DNA of 64,000 nucleotides from Natronococcus sp. (GCF_047921035.1 NZ_JBLRWX010000006.1:2841-66840), one strand, 5' to 3'; counted from the first letter of the stretch, positions 48,913-58,669 are shown. The notes: generated by a model from the sequence alone, not told the origin. Numbers and translations: made by a program.

Positions 48913-49770
48913 ATGTCTCAGGACGAGGTGAGCCCGCCGACGATCACGAACGAGGACATCCACAGGATCGCGGACGACTCCTTTACGGACCGGAACGTCT
49001 GTCTGGTGACGGGCGGGGGCTCCGGTATCGGTAGGGCGACCGCGCTGGCGGCCGCGGGCAACGGCCTCACCGTCGCGATCACGGACATCGACGAGGACGG
49101 ACTCGAGGAGACCGTCGCCCGCGGCGAGGAGCTCGGTCTCGAGGGGGAGATCGCGCCGATTCACGGCGACCTCACCGTCGACGACGATATCGAGCGAATC
49201 GTCGCCGAGGCCGCCGAACTGGGCGATCTCAAGTACCTCGCGAACGTCGCGGGGATGCAACACATCGACTCGATCGAGGACTTCCCGATGGAAACGTACG
49301 ATCGGATCCACCGGATCATGCTCCGGGCGCCGATCTACCTCTCGAAGCGCTGTCTCCCGCACTTCCGGGACACCGAGGACGGGCGGGGTTGCGTCGGCAA
49401 CATGGCGTCGGTTCACGCCCACTTCGTCACGAGCGACAAGGTCGCCTACAACGTCTCGAAGTTCGGGCTGCGCGGGCTCACCCAGTCGATCGCGGCCGAG
49501 GGTGACGGCGAGATCCGCGCCTTCTCGGTGAGCACGGGCTACGTGAAGACGCCGCTGGTGACCGCTCAGCTCGAGGACACGGCCGAACAGCGCGGGATCA
49601 GCGTCCAAGAGGTGATCGAGGAGGTGATGCTGGGCCACTCCCGGGTCAAGGAGATGATGGAGCCGATCGACGTCGGCAACCTGTTCGTGCTCGGCTTCTC
49701 CGACCTCGGCCGCCATCTGGACGGCGGGGACCTGTTGTTTGATGGGGGCATGACCCTAACCTACGAGTGA
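48913..49770 (+). CDS. Short-chain dehydrogenase/reductase, 3-hydroxybutyrate dehydrogenase-like
   Basis: 285-aa ORF. TGGGSGIGRA, NVAGMQH, catalytic YNVSK, C-terminal DGGMT. Confidence 0.8.
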   Translation: MSQDEVSPPTITNEDIHRIADDSFTDRNVCLVTGGGSGIGRATALAAAGNGLTVAITDIDEDGLEETVARGEELGLEGEIAPIHGDLTVDDDIERIVAEAAELGDLKYLANVAGMQHIDSIEDFPMETYDRIHRIMLRAPIYLSKRCLPHFRDTEDGRGCVGNMASVHAHFVTSDKVAYNVSKFGLRGLTQSIAAEGDGEIRAFSVSTGYVKTPLVTAQLEDTAEQRGISVQEVIEEVMLGHSRVKEMMEPIDVGNLFVLGFSDLGRHLDGGDLLFDGGMTLTYE

Positions 49771-49778
49771 GAGAGACG

Positions 49779-51797
49779 ATGGGAGAAACAACCAGTCTGG
49801 AAGACGTCGACGAGGTCGTCCACGAACCCGACGAGGAGTTCGTCGAATCGACCAACGTCGCCGCGTTCATGCGGGAGTACGGAATCGACGACTACGAGGC
49901 GCTGATCGAGCGCACGACGACCGAGCTCGAGGGCGAGCCCGAGAGCGGCGTCGACTGGTTCTGGGACGAGCTGGTCGACTACCTCGGGATCGAGTTCTAC
50001 GAGGAGTACGACGAGGTCAGAGATAACAGCGAGGGGCCCCAGTTCACCGGCTGGTACCCCGGCGGCGAGCTCAACCTCGCCCACAACGTCGCCGACCGCC
50101 ACGCCGCCCGCGACGAGGAGCGGCGAAACAAGGTCGCCACCATCTGGGAGGGCGAGGACGGCGAGGTTCGCGAGATTACCTACCACGAGCTCCGCAGACA
50201 GTCGAACCAGGTGGCGAACGCGCTCGAGGAGCGAGGCGTCGAGACGGGCGACACCGTCGGACTCTACATGCCGATGGTCCCCGAGGTCGCCTCGATCCTC
50301 TACGGCTGTTTCAAGGTCGGCGCGATCGCGGTGCCGATCTTCTCGGGGTTCGGCGTCGACGCCACCGCGACCCGGATCGCCGACTCGGAGTGTTCGGTGC
50401 TGTTCACGGGTGACGGCTTCTACCGGCGGGGGAGCCCCGTCCGTCTCAAGGGGTCGGCCGACGAGGCGATCGAGGAGGCCGGCTACGTCGAGGACGTGAT
50501 CGTCTTCGATCGCCTTGGTACCAGCAGCGACGCCAGTGAGAACGACGTCCCCTGGACCGACGACCGCGACGAGTGGTGGGCCGACGCCGTCGAGACGGCC
50601 GACGACGAGTACGAGACGAAGTCCCTCCCGTCGGACCAGGAGTCGATGCTCCTCTATTCGTCGGGGACGACGGGCAAGCCGAAGGGGATCGTCCACACCC
50701 ACGCGGGCGTCCAGGTCCAGTGTCCGAAGGAGGTCCACTTCGGGATGGATCTCAAGCCGTCTGACCGGTTCTTCTGGGTCTCCGACATCGGCTGGATGAT
50801 GGGCCCCTGGACGCTGATCGGCACACACACCTTCGGCGGCACCGTCTTCATGTACGAGGGCGCGCCCGATCATCCCCAGCCCGATCGGTTCTGGGAGATG
50901 ATCGACCGCCACGAGCTGACCCAGTTCGGGATCTCGCCGACCGCCATCCGGGCGCTGCGAAAGCACGGAGACGACTGGCTCTCCGGCCACGACCTCTCCT
51001 CGCTTCGACTGCTGGGATCGACGGGCGAACCCTGGGACCCCGAATCCTGGCGGTGGTTCTACGAGAACGTCGGCGGCGGCGAAGCGCCGATCATCAACAT
51101 CTCGGGCGGGACCGAGATCTGCGGCTGTTTCCTGATGCCGATGCCGACCGAACCGCTCAAACCCTGCACGCTCGGCGGACCCGGCCTCGGAATGGACATC
51201 GACATCGTCGACGCGACGGGCGAATCGGTCAAAGAGGAGAACGAACGGGGCTACCTCGTCGCCCGGGACTCCTGTCCGTCGATGACAAAGTCGCTGTGGT
51301 CGGGCGACGAGCGCTACCTCGAAGAGTACTGGTCGCGGTTCGACGACATGTGGAACCACGGCGACTGGGCCCAGAAGGACGCCGACGGGTTCTGGTTCCT
51401 CCACGGCCGGGCCGACGACGCCCTGAACGTTGCGGGCCGGAAGGTCGGTCCCGCCGAGGTCGAGGGCGCGCTGATCGACCACGAGGCGGTCAACCAGGCC
51501 GCGGCGATCGGCGCCCCCGACGACACCACCGGGACCGCCGTGGTCACCTACGTCATCCTCGAGGACGGATACGAGGAAAGCGACGACCTCCGCGAGGAGC
51601 TTCGGGCGCAGGTCGGCAAGGAGTTAGGCAAGCCGTTCCGCCCGCGGGAGGTGCTGTTCGTCGACGAGTTCCCCAAGACCCAGTCGGGCAAGATCATCCG
51701 CCGGGCGATCGGGGCGACCTACACCGGCGAGGATCTGGGTGACATGAGCAGCATCGAGAACCCCGACGCGCTCGAGGATCTCGAGGACGCGCGGTAG
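49779..51797 (+). CDS. AMP-forming acetyl-CoA/acetoacetyl-CoA synthetase family enzyme
   Basis: ORF 49767-51797 with ATG at 49779. YSSGTTGKPKGIVHTH, WVSDIGWMMG, RADDALNVAGRKVGPAEVE, PKTQSGKIIRR. Confidence 0.85.
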   Translation: MGETTSLEDVDEVVHEPDEEFVESTNVAAFMREYGIDDYEALIERTTTELEGEPESGVDWFWDELVDYLGIEFYEEYDEVRDNSEGPQFTGWYPGGELNLAHNVADRHAARDEERRNKVATIWEGEDGEVREITYHELRRQSNQVANALEERGVETGDTVGLYMPMVPEVASILYGCFKVGAIAVPIFSGFGVDATATRIADSECSVLFTGDGFYRRGSPVRLKGSADEAIEEAGYVEDVIVFDRLGTSSDASENDVPWTDDRDEWWADAVETADDEYETKSLPSDQESMLLYSSGTTGKPKGIVHTHAGVQVQCPKEVHFGMDLKPSDRFFWVSDIGWMMGPWTLIGTHTFGGTVFMYEGAPDHPQPDRFWEMIDRHELTQFGISPTAIRALRKHGDDWLSGHDLSSLRLLGSTGEPWDPESWRWFYENVGGGEAPIINISGGTEICGCFLMPMPTEPLKPCTLGGPGLGMDIDIVDATGESVKEENERGYLVARDSCPSMTKSLWSGDERYLEEYWSRFDDMWNHGDWAQKDADGFWFLHGRADDALNVAGRKVGPAEVEGALIDHEAVNQAAAIGAPDDTTGTAVVTYVILEDGYEESDDLREELRAQVGKELGKPFRPREVLFVDEFPKTQSGKIIRRAIGATYTGEDLGDMSSIENPDALEDLEDAR

Positions 51798-51944
51798 TCG
51801 CAGCGAGGCTCGAGTTCCGTCGGTCCCCATTTCCCGGGGGTGTGAATTCGTCCGTCGTTCCAGCCCGTTCGCCGGGACGCTACATGACAAAGGACCACGA
51901 GTGAATCTCGTTGATTTTATAATGGTCTACTCTCGGGACGGAAT

Positions 51945-52961
51945 ATGGCGAAGCTACCATACCGTGGTACCAGCACTCGACGAACCTTTTTGACCGCAAC
52001 CGGTGGGGTGGGGTTCGCCGGGCTGGCCGGCTGTCTCGGGGAGGGAGACGGCGGCGGTAGGGACGACGGCGATCCCGTTCGGTTCGTCCTCAACCCGGCG
52101 GAGGAACAGACCGACATCGTCGAGGAGTACACGCCGATGAAGGAGTACCTCGAGGCCGAAACCGGCGCCGAGGTCGAACTCATCCGCGCCGGCAGCTACG
52201 TCGAGACCTTCGAGGCGCTCAACACCAACCAGGCCGAGATCGCGGACACGTCGCCGACGGGACTGCCGGGGAGCCAGGAGTTCGCCGACGTCCTCGGCAT
52301 GCGGACGGCTTTCGGCGGCCCGCTGTACTTCTCGACGATCATCACGACGCCCGACAGCGGGATCGAGGAGCTCGACGACCTCGAGGGGGAGACGATGGCC
52401 ACCGGCGCGCTCCTGTCGTTCAGCGGCACGCTCGCGCCGGCGATGATGCTGAACGAGGCCGGGCTGGACATCGGCGATTTCCCGCAGGGCGACGCGAACG
52501 ATCTGGAGATCCAGACCGCGGACGACCACGACACGACCCGCGAACAGATGATCAACGACGACACCGTCGCGGCCGCGGCGACGGGTGCGTTCGCCTCCGC
52601 GCCACAGATCCCACAGGAACAGTTCGACGAGCACGAGGAGTTCGTCGAACACTCCGCGGAGTACGACGACGCGGGGTCGGCCCTCGAGGACGGCGCGGAG
52701 GAACTTCAGCTGGTCGCCGTCTCGGATCCGCTTCCTCGAGCGCCGATCACGGCCCGAAGTGACTGGGACGAGCCCGTTCGCGACGACGTCAGGGAGGCGC
52801 TGCTCGACGCCGAGGAGGAGGATCTCATCCCCGACGACGTCGACGAGGAGTACGAACTCTGGTTCACCGGGATCGAGGAGGCCGACCGGAGCGACTACGA
52901 GCTGGTCGTCGAGCTCTTCGACGAGCTGGGACTCGAGTTCGAGGACTTCGAGGACGAGTAG
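51945..52961 (+). CDS. PhnD-like (phosphonate/phosphate-type) ABC substrate-binding lipoprotein, Tat-dependent
   Basis: 338-aa ORF. TRRTFLTATGGVGFAGLAGC (RR + lipobox). VRFVLNPAEE...YTPMKEYLEAETGAEVELIRAGSYVETFEAL is PhnD-like. TATA tttata lies 24-29 nt upstream. Confidence 0.7.
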   Translation: MAKLPYRGTSTRRTFLTATGGVGFAGLAGCLGEGDGGGRDDGDPVRFVLNPAEEQTDIVEEYTPMKEYLEAETGAEVELIRAGSYVETFEALNTNQAEIADTSPTGLPGSQEFADVLGMRTAFGGPLYFSTIITTPDSGIEELDDLEGETMATGALLSFSGTLAPAMMLNEAGLDIGDFPQGDANDLEIQTADDHDTTREQMINDDTVAAAATGAFASAPQIPQEQFDEHEEFVEHSAEYDDAGSALEDGAEELQLVAVSDPLPRAPITARSDWDEPVRDDVREALLDAEEEDLIPDDVDEEYELWFTGIEEADRSDYELVVELFDELGLEFEDFEDE

Positions 52962-53066
52962 GTCGGCGGTACGGGCGGTCGCGACGGCCGCCCCGAACGA
53001 CACCGCGGTCGAACTTGGCGTTCGGCGGTTCCGCTGGCGGTGGTCGACGGAACCGCGCTCGAGGCT

Positions 53067-53170
53067 CTCGTCGGGATCCATCGACTCCTGACGTTTGGCT
53101 ACCCACCTCTCGAGGATCTCGAACGGGTGCGCTGAGGATCGTTCGGCGACCGTGGGGACGCCACCGCCCG
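53067..53170 (-). pseudogene. Relic of the 3' end of a copper amine oxidase paralog
   Basis: Minus-strand translation ...GVPTVAERSSAHPFEILERWVAKRQESMDPDE, versus the C-terminus of the intact gene DVPPEHAIKDVEKWTTDRQESMDLDE*. Nucleotides 53067-53132 align with 53791-53856 (about 76% identity; 24 of the first 25 nt match). Confidence 0.6.
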
Positions 53171-53232
53171 CGACCCTACGTGTAACGTACCGAATGTTTC
53201 TAAGGATGGGTGTCGAGTCCACGTATAGAGCC

Positions 53233-53712
53233 ATGTCCGAGGACGAGATCGAGGGATCCGATTCGAACCCGCCGGACGACGCGAGCGACGGGATAGAGTT
53301 CACGACGCCGGCGGTCGACGACGCCAGCGGGTACGGGCTCTCGATGACCCTGCTCGGCGGGGTGTTGCTCGCGCTCGCGTACTACGGCTACCTCGCCGTG
53401 AGCACCGTCGGTTTCGGAGCCGTGCCTGAACCGTTTTACGTGCTGGCGCTCGCGTTGCTGTTCGTGGTCGAACTCTTCCGGAGCCCGGGGTACGACGGGG
53501 AAGCGCTCGTCCGGGCGGTCGCGTTCACCGCGGTCTACGGCGGACTGGTCGTCTTCGCCATCAAGGGCGGCGCGTACCTCTTCGAGCGGCCCGAGGCGGC
53601 ACTCGAGGGGTTCGTCGGCGTGACCGTCCTCGCCGTCTCGATCGTCGTCGCCGCGCTCGCGTACTTCCTCTTTCTCGCGGTCCTCAAGCCGTCGCTCTCC
53701 GACGAACGCTGA
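53233..53712 (+). CDS. Membrane protein (about 4 TM helices), hypothetical
   Basis: ATG 53233 within ORF 53095-53712. MSEDEIEGSDSNPPDD, then hydrophobic segments LLGGVLLALAYYGYLAV, FYVLALALLFVV, AFTAVYGGLVVFAI, VTVLAVSIVVAALAYFLFLAV. Confidence 0.6.
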   Translation: MSEDEIEGSDSNPPDDASDGIEFTTPAVDDASGYGLSMTLLGGVLLALAYYGYLAVSTVGFGAVPEPFYVLALALLFVVELFRSPGYDGEALVRAVAFTAVYGGLVVFAIKGGAYLFERPEAALEGFVGVTVLAVSIVVAALAYFLFLAVLKPSLSDER

Positions 53713-53787
53713 TCGGGTGGGCGGCGCCGGCGAAAAACCGACGTCGATCACGGTCGTCGCCGACGCGCTCGAAGGAGACGGTGATCG

Positions 53788-55827
53788 CTACTCGTCGAGA
53801 TCCATCGACTCCTGGCGGTCGGTTGTCCACTTCTCGACGTCCTTGATCGCGTGCTCCGGCGGGACGTCGATCGCCGGGTTCTCCTCGAAGAAGTGGGCGG
53901 GCTGGAGCTTGAACGAGACCATCTTCGCGGGCAGGATCGGCCAGTCCTCGGGCACCGAGACGTGGGTCTGACAGAGGTTGTACCAGACGACGAGGTCCTC
54001 GTCCGCGATCGAGCGGTCCGCCTCGGTCCAGGCCGGCAGCCCCTCGCCTCCGGGGTTCTGGTTGGGATACTCGCCCGCTGGGTAGCGCTCGTCGTCGTCG
54101 TACTGCGTGACCCAGAGGTGCTTTTTCGCGAAGCCGGCCCGCTTCACCACGCCGGAGCCGGCCTGCATCGGGAACGCGGTGTTCGTCCCGTCCCCGCCGA
54201 CCAATCGGTAGCCGACCGGTTCGCCCGTCGCGTCGTTCCGGACGTCCTCGTTGACGATCTCCCAGTAGCGACCCGCGTGGGTGTCGGTCAGGCGTTTGGC
54301 CTCGGACTCCCGTTCGAACCGCGCGCGCTCGACGTAGGCGGCGTTTCCGTGCGGATTCAGGTGGTTTCGGTCGGCGTCGGCGTGGGGCGTCGGATCGTAC
54401 CCCTCGGGCCCGTATGGCACGTCCCGGAGGTTCACCTCCCGAACGGTGTTTTCCGGGCCGTCGACCTCGAAGTCGAGCCGGCAGTTGAACACGTGCTGGT
54501 GGAGCATCGACTTGTGGCCCGGCCCGATCGTCTCGGCGTACCCCGTCTCCCGGTCGTCCTCGCCGAGCAGTCCCGTCGCGTTACAGCCCGTCAGCCGGAC
54601 CTCGCCCTCGACGCTTCCGTCCTGGTAGAAGTACCAGTAGAACCCGAAGTCGTAGTTGCCGATCGTCGAGATGAACGAGATCACGAGCCGGCGGTTGCGC
54701 CGCACCTCGTGGTCGCCGACCCGCCAGTCGTAGTGCTTCCAGAGGAGTCCGTAATCCTCCTCGTGGAGACAGATCGCGTTCGGGATCACCTGCGCGTTGC
54801 CGTCGCCGTCGTTGAGTGCGGCGTCCCAGTAGTGCATATAGCCCAGGCAGTCACACCCCTCGGTCAGCGAGTTCGCCAGCCGACCGAGCCCGTACTCGCC
54901 GACGTCGAAGGGGGCCTTCCAGTCGTGGTCGGGGTCGGGGTCGTTGTAGGCGGTGACGACCTCCGGCCAGGAGGCCCGTCGGAGGATCGTCCGCTCGTCG
55001 CCGTCGTCGTCGTAGCTAACGTCGTGGAGTACCAGTCCTTCGCGGTGGTTGAACCCCACCCGGACGTGCCAGTTCTGCCACTCGACGGTGTGGCCGTCGA
55101 CCTCCCAGCTCGGCCCCTCGGGCTGGATCACGTTGTACGGCTCGAGGTCCTCGCGGAGGTCGCGTTTCTCCTCGCGGTAGTAGCTCGTCCGGAGATCCCT
55201 GACGACATCTTCGGTTTTCGGTCCAGTGTCGACGAGCTTCACCACCTCGCGGTCGTCGAGGTCGACCCACGCGTGGATCCCCGACAGGGGCCGGTTGTAC
55301 GCCTCCGCACCCTCATCGTCGGCGTCGCCTTGCAACCAGGCGATCCCGTGTGCCAGTCGCCGATCCCGGTCGATATCTTCCGGAACGAAGTCGTACCCCG
55401 CCGACCAGGCGGTGACGATCGCCAGGTCTGGATCGGCACCGCGTCGGCGTACCGCCTCGCGAAACTCCTGGTTCGTCGTCACCGTTTGCTCGACCTCGAC
55501 GAACTCCTCGCCGATCATCCGCGGCTGACCGTGCTCGATCTCGGTCCACTCGAGGACCGCCTCGTCCTCGAGCGAGACGACCCCCTCGTACGATGCCCGT
55601 TCAGTCTTGTCGCGGGCGACGATCCGGGCCCGTCGCTCCGGTCTCGACCCGTCGTCCTCGAACGCTCGCAGCGCCGCTTTCGGCGGATCGGCGAGCGTGA
55701 TCTCGATCGCTCGAGCGTCCTCGGAGAGCCCGCGTTCCTCGGTCGCGACGTCCCAGCTCCGTTCGATCTCGGCCGGTGCGAGCGGATCCAGCGGATGTCC
55801 GCCAGCGTCGCTATCTTTGGTAGACAT
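53788..55827 (-). CDS. Copper-containing (topaquinone) primary amine oxidase
   Basis: 679-aa ORF. HPLDPL N-terminus, TPQ consensus TIGNYDFGFYW, Cu ligands HQHVF and CQTHVSVPEDWPILP. No signal peptide. Confidence 0.88.
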   Translation of the reverse strand: MSTKDSDAGGHPLDPLAPAEIERSWDVATEERGLSEDARAIEITLADPPKAALRAFEDDGSRPERRARIVARDKTERASYEGVVSLEDEAVLEWTEIEHGQPRMIGEEFVEVEQTVTTNQEFREAVRRRGADPDLAIVTAWSAGYDFVPEDIDRDRRLAHGIAWLQGDADDEGAEAYNRPLSGIHAWVDLDDREVVKLVDTGPKTEDVVRDLRTSYYREEKRDLREDLEPYNVIQPEGPSWEVDGHTVEWQNWHVRVGFNHREGLVLHDVSYDDDGDERTILRRASWPEVVTAYNDPDPDHDWKAPFDVGEYGLGRLANSLTEGCDCLGYMHYWDAALNDGDGNAQVIPNAICLHEEDYGLLWKHYDWRVGDHEVRRNRRLVISFISTIGNYDFGFYWYFYQDGSVEGEVRLTGCNATGLLGEDDRETGYAETIGPGHKSMLHQHVFNCRLDFEVDGPENTVREVNLRDVPYGPEGYDPTPHADADRNHLNPHGNAAYVERARFERESEAKRLTDTHAGRYWEIVNEDVRNDATGEPVGYRLVGGDGTNTAFPMQAGSGVVKRAGFAKKHLWVTQYDDDERYPAGEYPNQNPGGEGLPAWTEADRSIADEDLVVWYNLCQTHVSVPEDWPILPAKMVSFKLQPAHFFEENPAIDVPPEHAIKDVEKWTTDRQESMDLDE

Positions 55828-55922
55828 TCTCTCTCAAGTACTACCCGCATCGAGTTATACTCTTAGGAGCAACACGGGCGAGAGACGGAGGTTCCGACCC
55901 GCCCAGAAGAGCGATCCGAAAT

Positions 55923-57248
55923 TCAGTCGTCTCCCGATACGGTCTCGCCGCCGATATCGAGGCCACGAGTGGGGTCGACCCACGAGCCGCTCTCGAAGTC
56001 GATTCCGTCGTTCCAGTGGGCGACGACCGTCGTGACCGCGAGGTCGCCGGTCACGTTCGTCATCGTCCGGAGCCGATCCAGGATGGGATCGACGCCGGCG
56101 ACGAACCCGACGACGGCGAGGGGAAGTCCGAGCTGGGTCAGCACCATCGTCAGCATGATTAACCCGGTGCCCGGGACACCGGCCGAACCGATGCTCGCCA
56201 GCACAGCGATGAGGACGACCGTCACCTGTTCGGCGATCGTCAGCTCGACGCCGACGAGATTCGCCGCGAAGATGGCGGCGACGCCCTGATACATCGCGGT
56301 TCCGTCCATGTTGATCGTCGCCCCCAGCGGCAGCGAGAAGCCGTAGATCCCCTCGTTGATCCGGAGGTTGTCGTCGGCGTTTGCCATCGTCACTGGCAGG
56401 GTCCCGCTCGAGGAGCGAATCGAGAGCGCGGTGATGATCGCGTCCTTCGAGCCCGTGAGGAAGGACAGCGGTGACTGCCGGGTGAGCAGGAAGATCAGCC
56501 CGCCGAGGTAGACGACCGTGATGTGGACAAGGACCGCGACGAGCAGTGCTCCGATCAGCAGCGCGAAGGGCATGAGCGCGTCGGTACCGGCTTCGCCGAA
56601 GACGGCGGCCATGAGCGCGAAGACGCCGATGACGCCGTACTCCATGACGCCCCAGACGATCTTGAACATCGCCTCGGTGCCGGCCTCGACGATGTTGAAG
56701 ATCGACTCGATCCCCGACTGGACGGCTTCGTCCTCGCTGCTCTCCGCGAGCAACAGCAGCGCCATCCCGAAGACGATGACGAAGAAGATCGTCGCGAGGA
56801 CGTCGCCCTCCGCCATCGCGCCGATCGGCTCCTCGGGGACGATCCCCATGATCACGTCGAGGAAGTCGGGTGCCTCCTCCGTGTCGAACGCCGTGTCCTC
56901 CTCGAGTGTCAGTCCCCGACCCGGATTGATCAGGTTTGCGACCGTCAGTCCGATGACCACCGCGATACCGGACAGAACGGCGTACAGCGCGAGGATCTGT
57001 CCGCCGACCTTGCCGAGCGTCGAGGGCGAAATCCGTCTGATTCCCATCAACAGCGTGAAGATGATGATGGGGATGACGATCATGCTCAGCAGCTGGACGA
57101 AGAGCTCGCCCAGCGGCTCGAGGACGGTCGCCGGCTCGCCGACGACCAGTCCGAGAACGGAGCCCAGAACGAACGCGGCCCCGATCCGGTAGACGATCGG
57201 GACGGCGCGGTACCGCGACCAGTACTCCTTGATGTTACCACGTGCCAT
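55923..57248 (-). CDS. Dicarboxylate/amino acid:cation symporter (DAACS/GltP family)
   Basis: 441-aa ORF. SSSGTLPVTM and INMDGTAMYQGVAAIF motifs. TATA tttata lies 26-31 nt upstream. Confidence 0.88.
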   Translation of the reverse strand: MARGNIKEYWSRYRAVPIVYRIGAAFVLGSVLGLVVGEPATVLEPLGELFVQLLSMIVIPIIIFTLLMGIRRISPSTLGKVGGQILALYAVLSGIAVVIGLTVANLINPGRGLTLEEDTAFDTEEAPDFLDVIMGIVPEEPIGAMAEGDVLATIFFVIVFGMALLLLAESSEDEAVQSGIESIFNIVEAGTEAMFKIVWGVMEYGVIGVFALMAAVFGEAGTDALMPFALLIGALLVAVLVHITVVYLGGLIFLLTRQSPLSFLTGSKDAIITALSIRSSSGTLPVTMANADDNLRINEGIYGFSLPLGATINMDGTAMYQGVAAIFAANLVGVELTIAEQVTVVLIAVLASIGSAGVPGTGLIMLTMVLTQLGLPLAVVGFVAGVDPILDRLRTMTNVTGDLAVTTVVAHWNDGIDFESGSWVDPTRGLDIGGETVSGDD

Positions 57249-57404
57249 ACTTAGACGAATCTAGCGACAGTGGTATAAATGTAGTGTATCTTCGGCGCCG
57301 AGAACGGTGTACGGTGGCGAAATACACAGCTCCGGAGCGATTTTCGCCACGTTTATTTGAGGCGGTTCCGATCGACTTTTCTGTCTCGAGCGGTAGCACG
57401 GCAC

Positions 57405-58640
57405 ATGGCCGAAACCGTCTACGATACCCGGACGTTCCTCGACGAACTGGCGGATCGATCGTTCGACCGACCGCCGGCGATCGTCTGCAACGCCCACATC
57501 ACCGGGCTGGCGGTCGCCCGGGCGCTGGCGGCCCGCGACGTGCCGGTGCTCGCGATCGACCGCTCGCCCGACGGCGTGGCGCCGTACTCCGAAGCCGTCG
57601 ATCTCGCGGGGCTGGTCACCTACCCCCTCGAGGACCTGGAAGCGTTCGGCGAGGAGCTGGCGGCGATCGCCGACGCCCTCGAGCACGAGCCGGTGGTGTT
57701 TCCCTGCATGGACGAGTGGGTCCACGCGGTCGCCGAGCTCGATCCCGACGGCGTTCGACTCCCGTTCGCCGACTACGAGACGGTCGACGCCGTCCTCGAC
57801 AAGACCGCCCTCTACGCGCGGGCGGACGAGCAGGGGGTACCGACGCCGGAGACCTACCGCCTGGACGAGACCGACCCCGACGCCGCGGCCGACGAACTCG
57901 GCTTCCCGCTCGTCGTCAAGCCGGCGCTGAAACGCCGGTTCGAGGAGGCGTTCGGCACGAACCTCGTCGAAGCCGAGACGCGGTCGGAGTACCGCGATAT
58001 CGTCGATCGGGCCCGCGAGGCCGACCTGCGGGTGATGGCCCAGGAGAAGATCCCGAAGGAACAGGGCGACCTCTACACGCTCGCGTCGTACGTCCCCGAA
58101 TCGGGCGTCGACGATGCCGTCACCTTCGTCGGTCGACGCCGGGCGGTCTACCCGCCCGAGTTCGGGACGACCTGCCTCGTCGAAGGAGCCGACATCCCCG
58201 AGATCGAACGCGACGCGCTCGCCGTGCTCGAGGACGCGGGCTACCACGGCATCAGCGAGGCGGAGTTCCTCTACGACGAGCGCACCGGAGAGTACCGCCT
58301 GCTCGATATCAACACCCGGCCCTGGAAGTGGATCGGGCTCCCGATCGCGGCGGGGGCGAACCTCCCCGCGGCGGCCTACGCCGACGCGACCGGCAGCGAG
58401 TACGAGTCGGGCGTCGTCCGGGACGTCACCTGGGTCTACCTCAAGGACTACGCGGCGCTGCTCGCGAACCACGCGGCCGAGGACGTCCTCTCGCGCGAGC
58501 AGTGGTTCTCGATCGTCTCCGGCGAGTTCGAGGATCGGGACGACCTCGCGACGGCCGTCTACCGCCCGTCCGACCCGGGAGCGACCTACCGGCTCCTGGC
58601 GACCGAGTTCGGCACTCGGGAGTACTACTGCCCCTGTTGA
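57405..58640 (+). CDS. ATP-grasp superfamily enzyme (COG3919-like carboxylate-amine ligase)
   Basis: ATG 57405 in ORF 57357-58640. ELGFPLVVKPALK, MAQEKIP, GISEAEFLYDERTGEYRLLDINTRPW. Confidence 0.7.
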   Translation: MAETVYDTRTFLDELADRSFDRPPAIVCNAHITGLAVARALAARDVPVLAIDRSPDGVAPYSEAVDLAGLVTYPLEDLEAFGEELAAIADALEHEPVVFPCMDEWVHAVAELDPDGVRLPFADYETVDAVLDKTALYARADEQGVPTPETYRLDETDPDAAADELGFPLVVKPALKRRFEEAFGTNLVEAETRSEYRDIVDRAREADLRVMAQEKIPKEQGDLYTLASYVPESGVDDAVTFVGRRRAVYPPEFGTTCLVEGADIPEIERDALAVLEDAGYHGISEAEFLYDERTGEYRLLDINTRPWKWIGLPIAAGANLPAAAYADATGSEYESGVVRDVTWVYLKDYAALLANHAAEDVLSREQWFSIVSGEFEDRDDLATAVYRPSDPGATYRLLATEFGTREYYCPC

Positions 58641-58669
58641 GCCGGCGGCGACCGGCTATCGGGCTGTGG

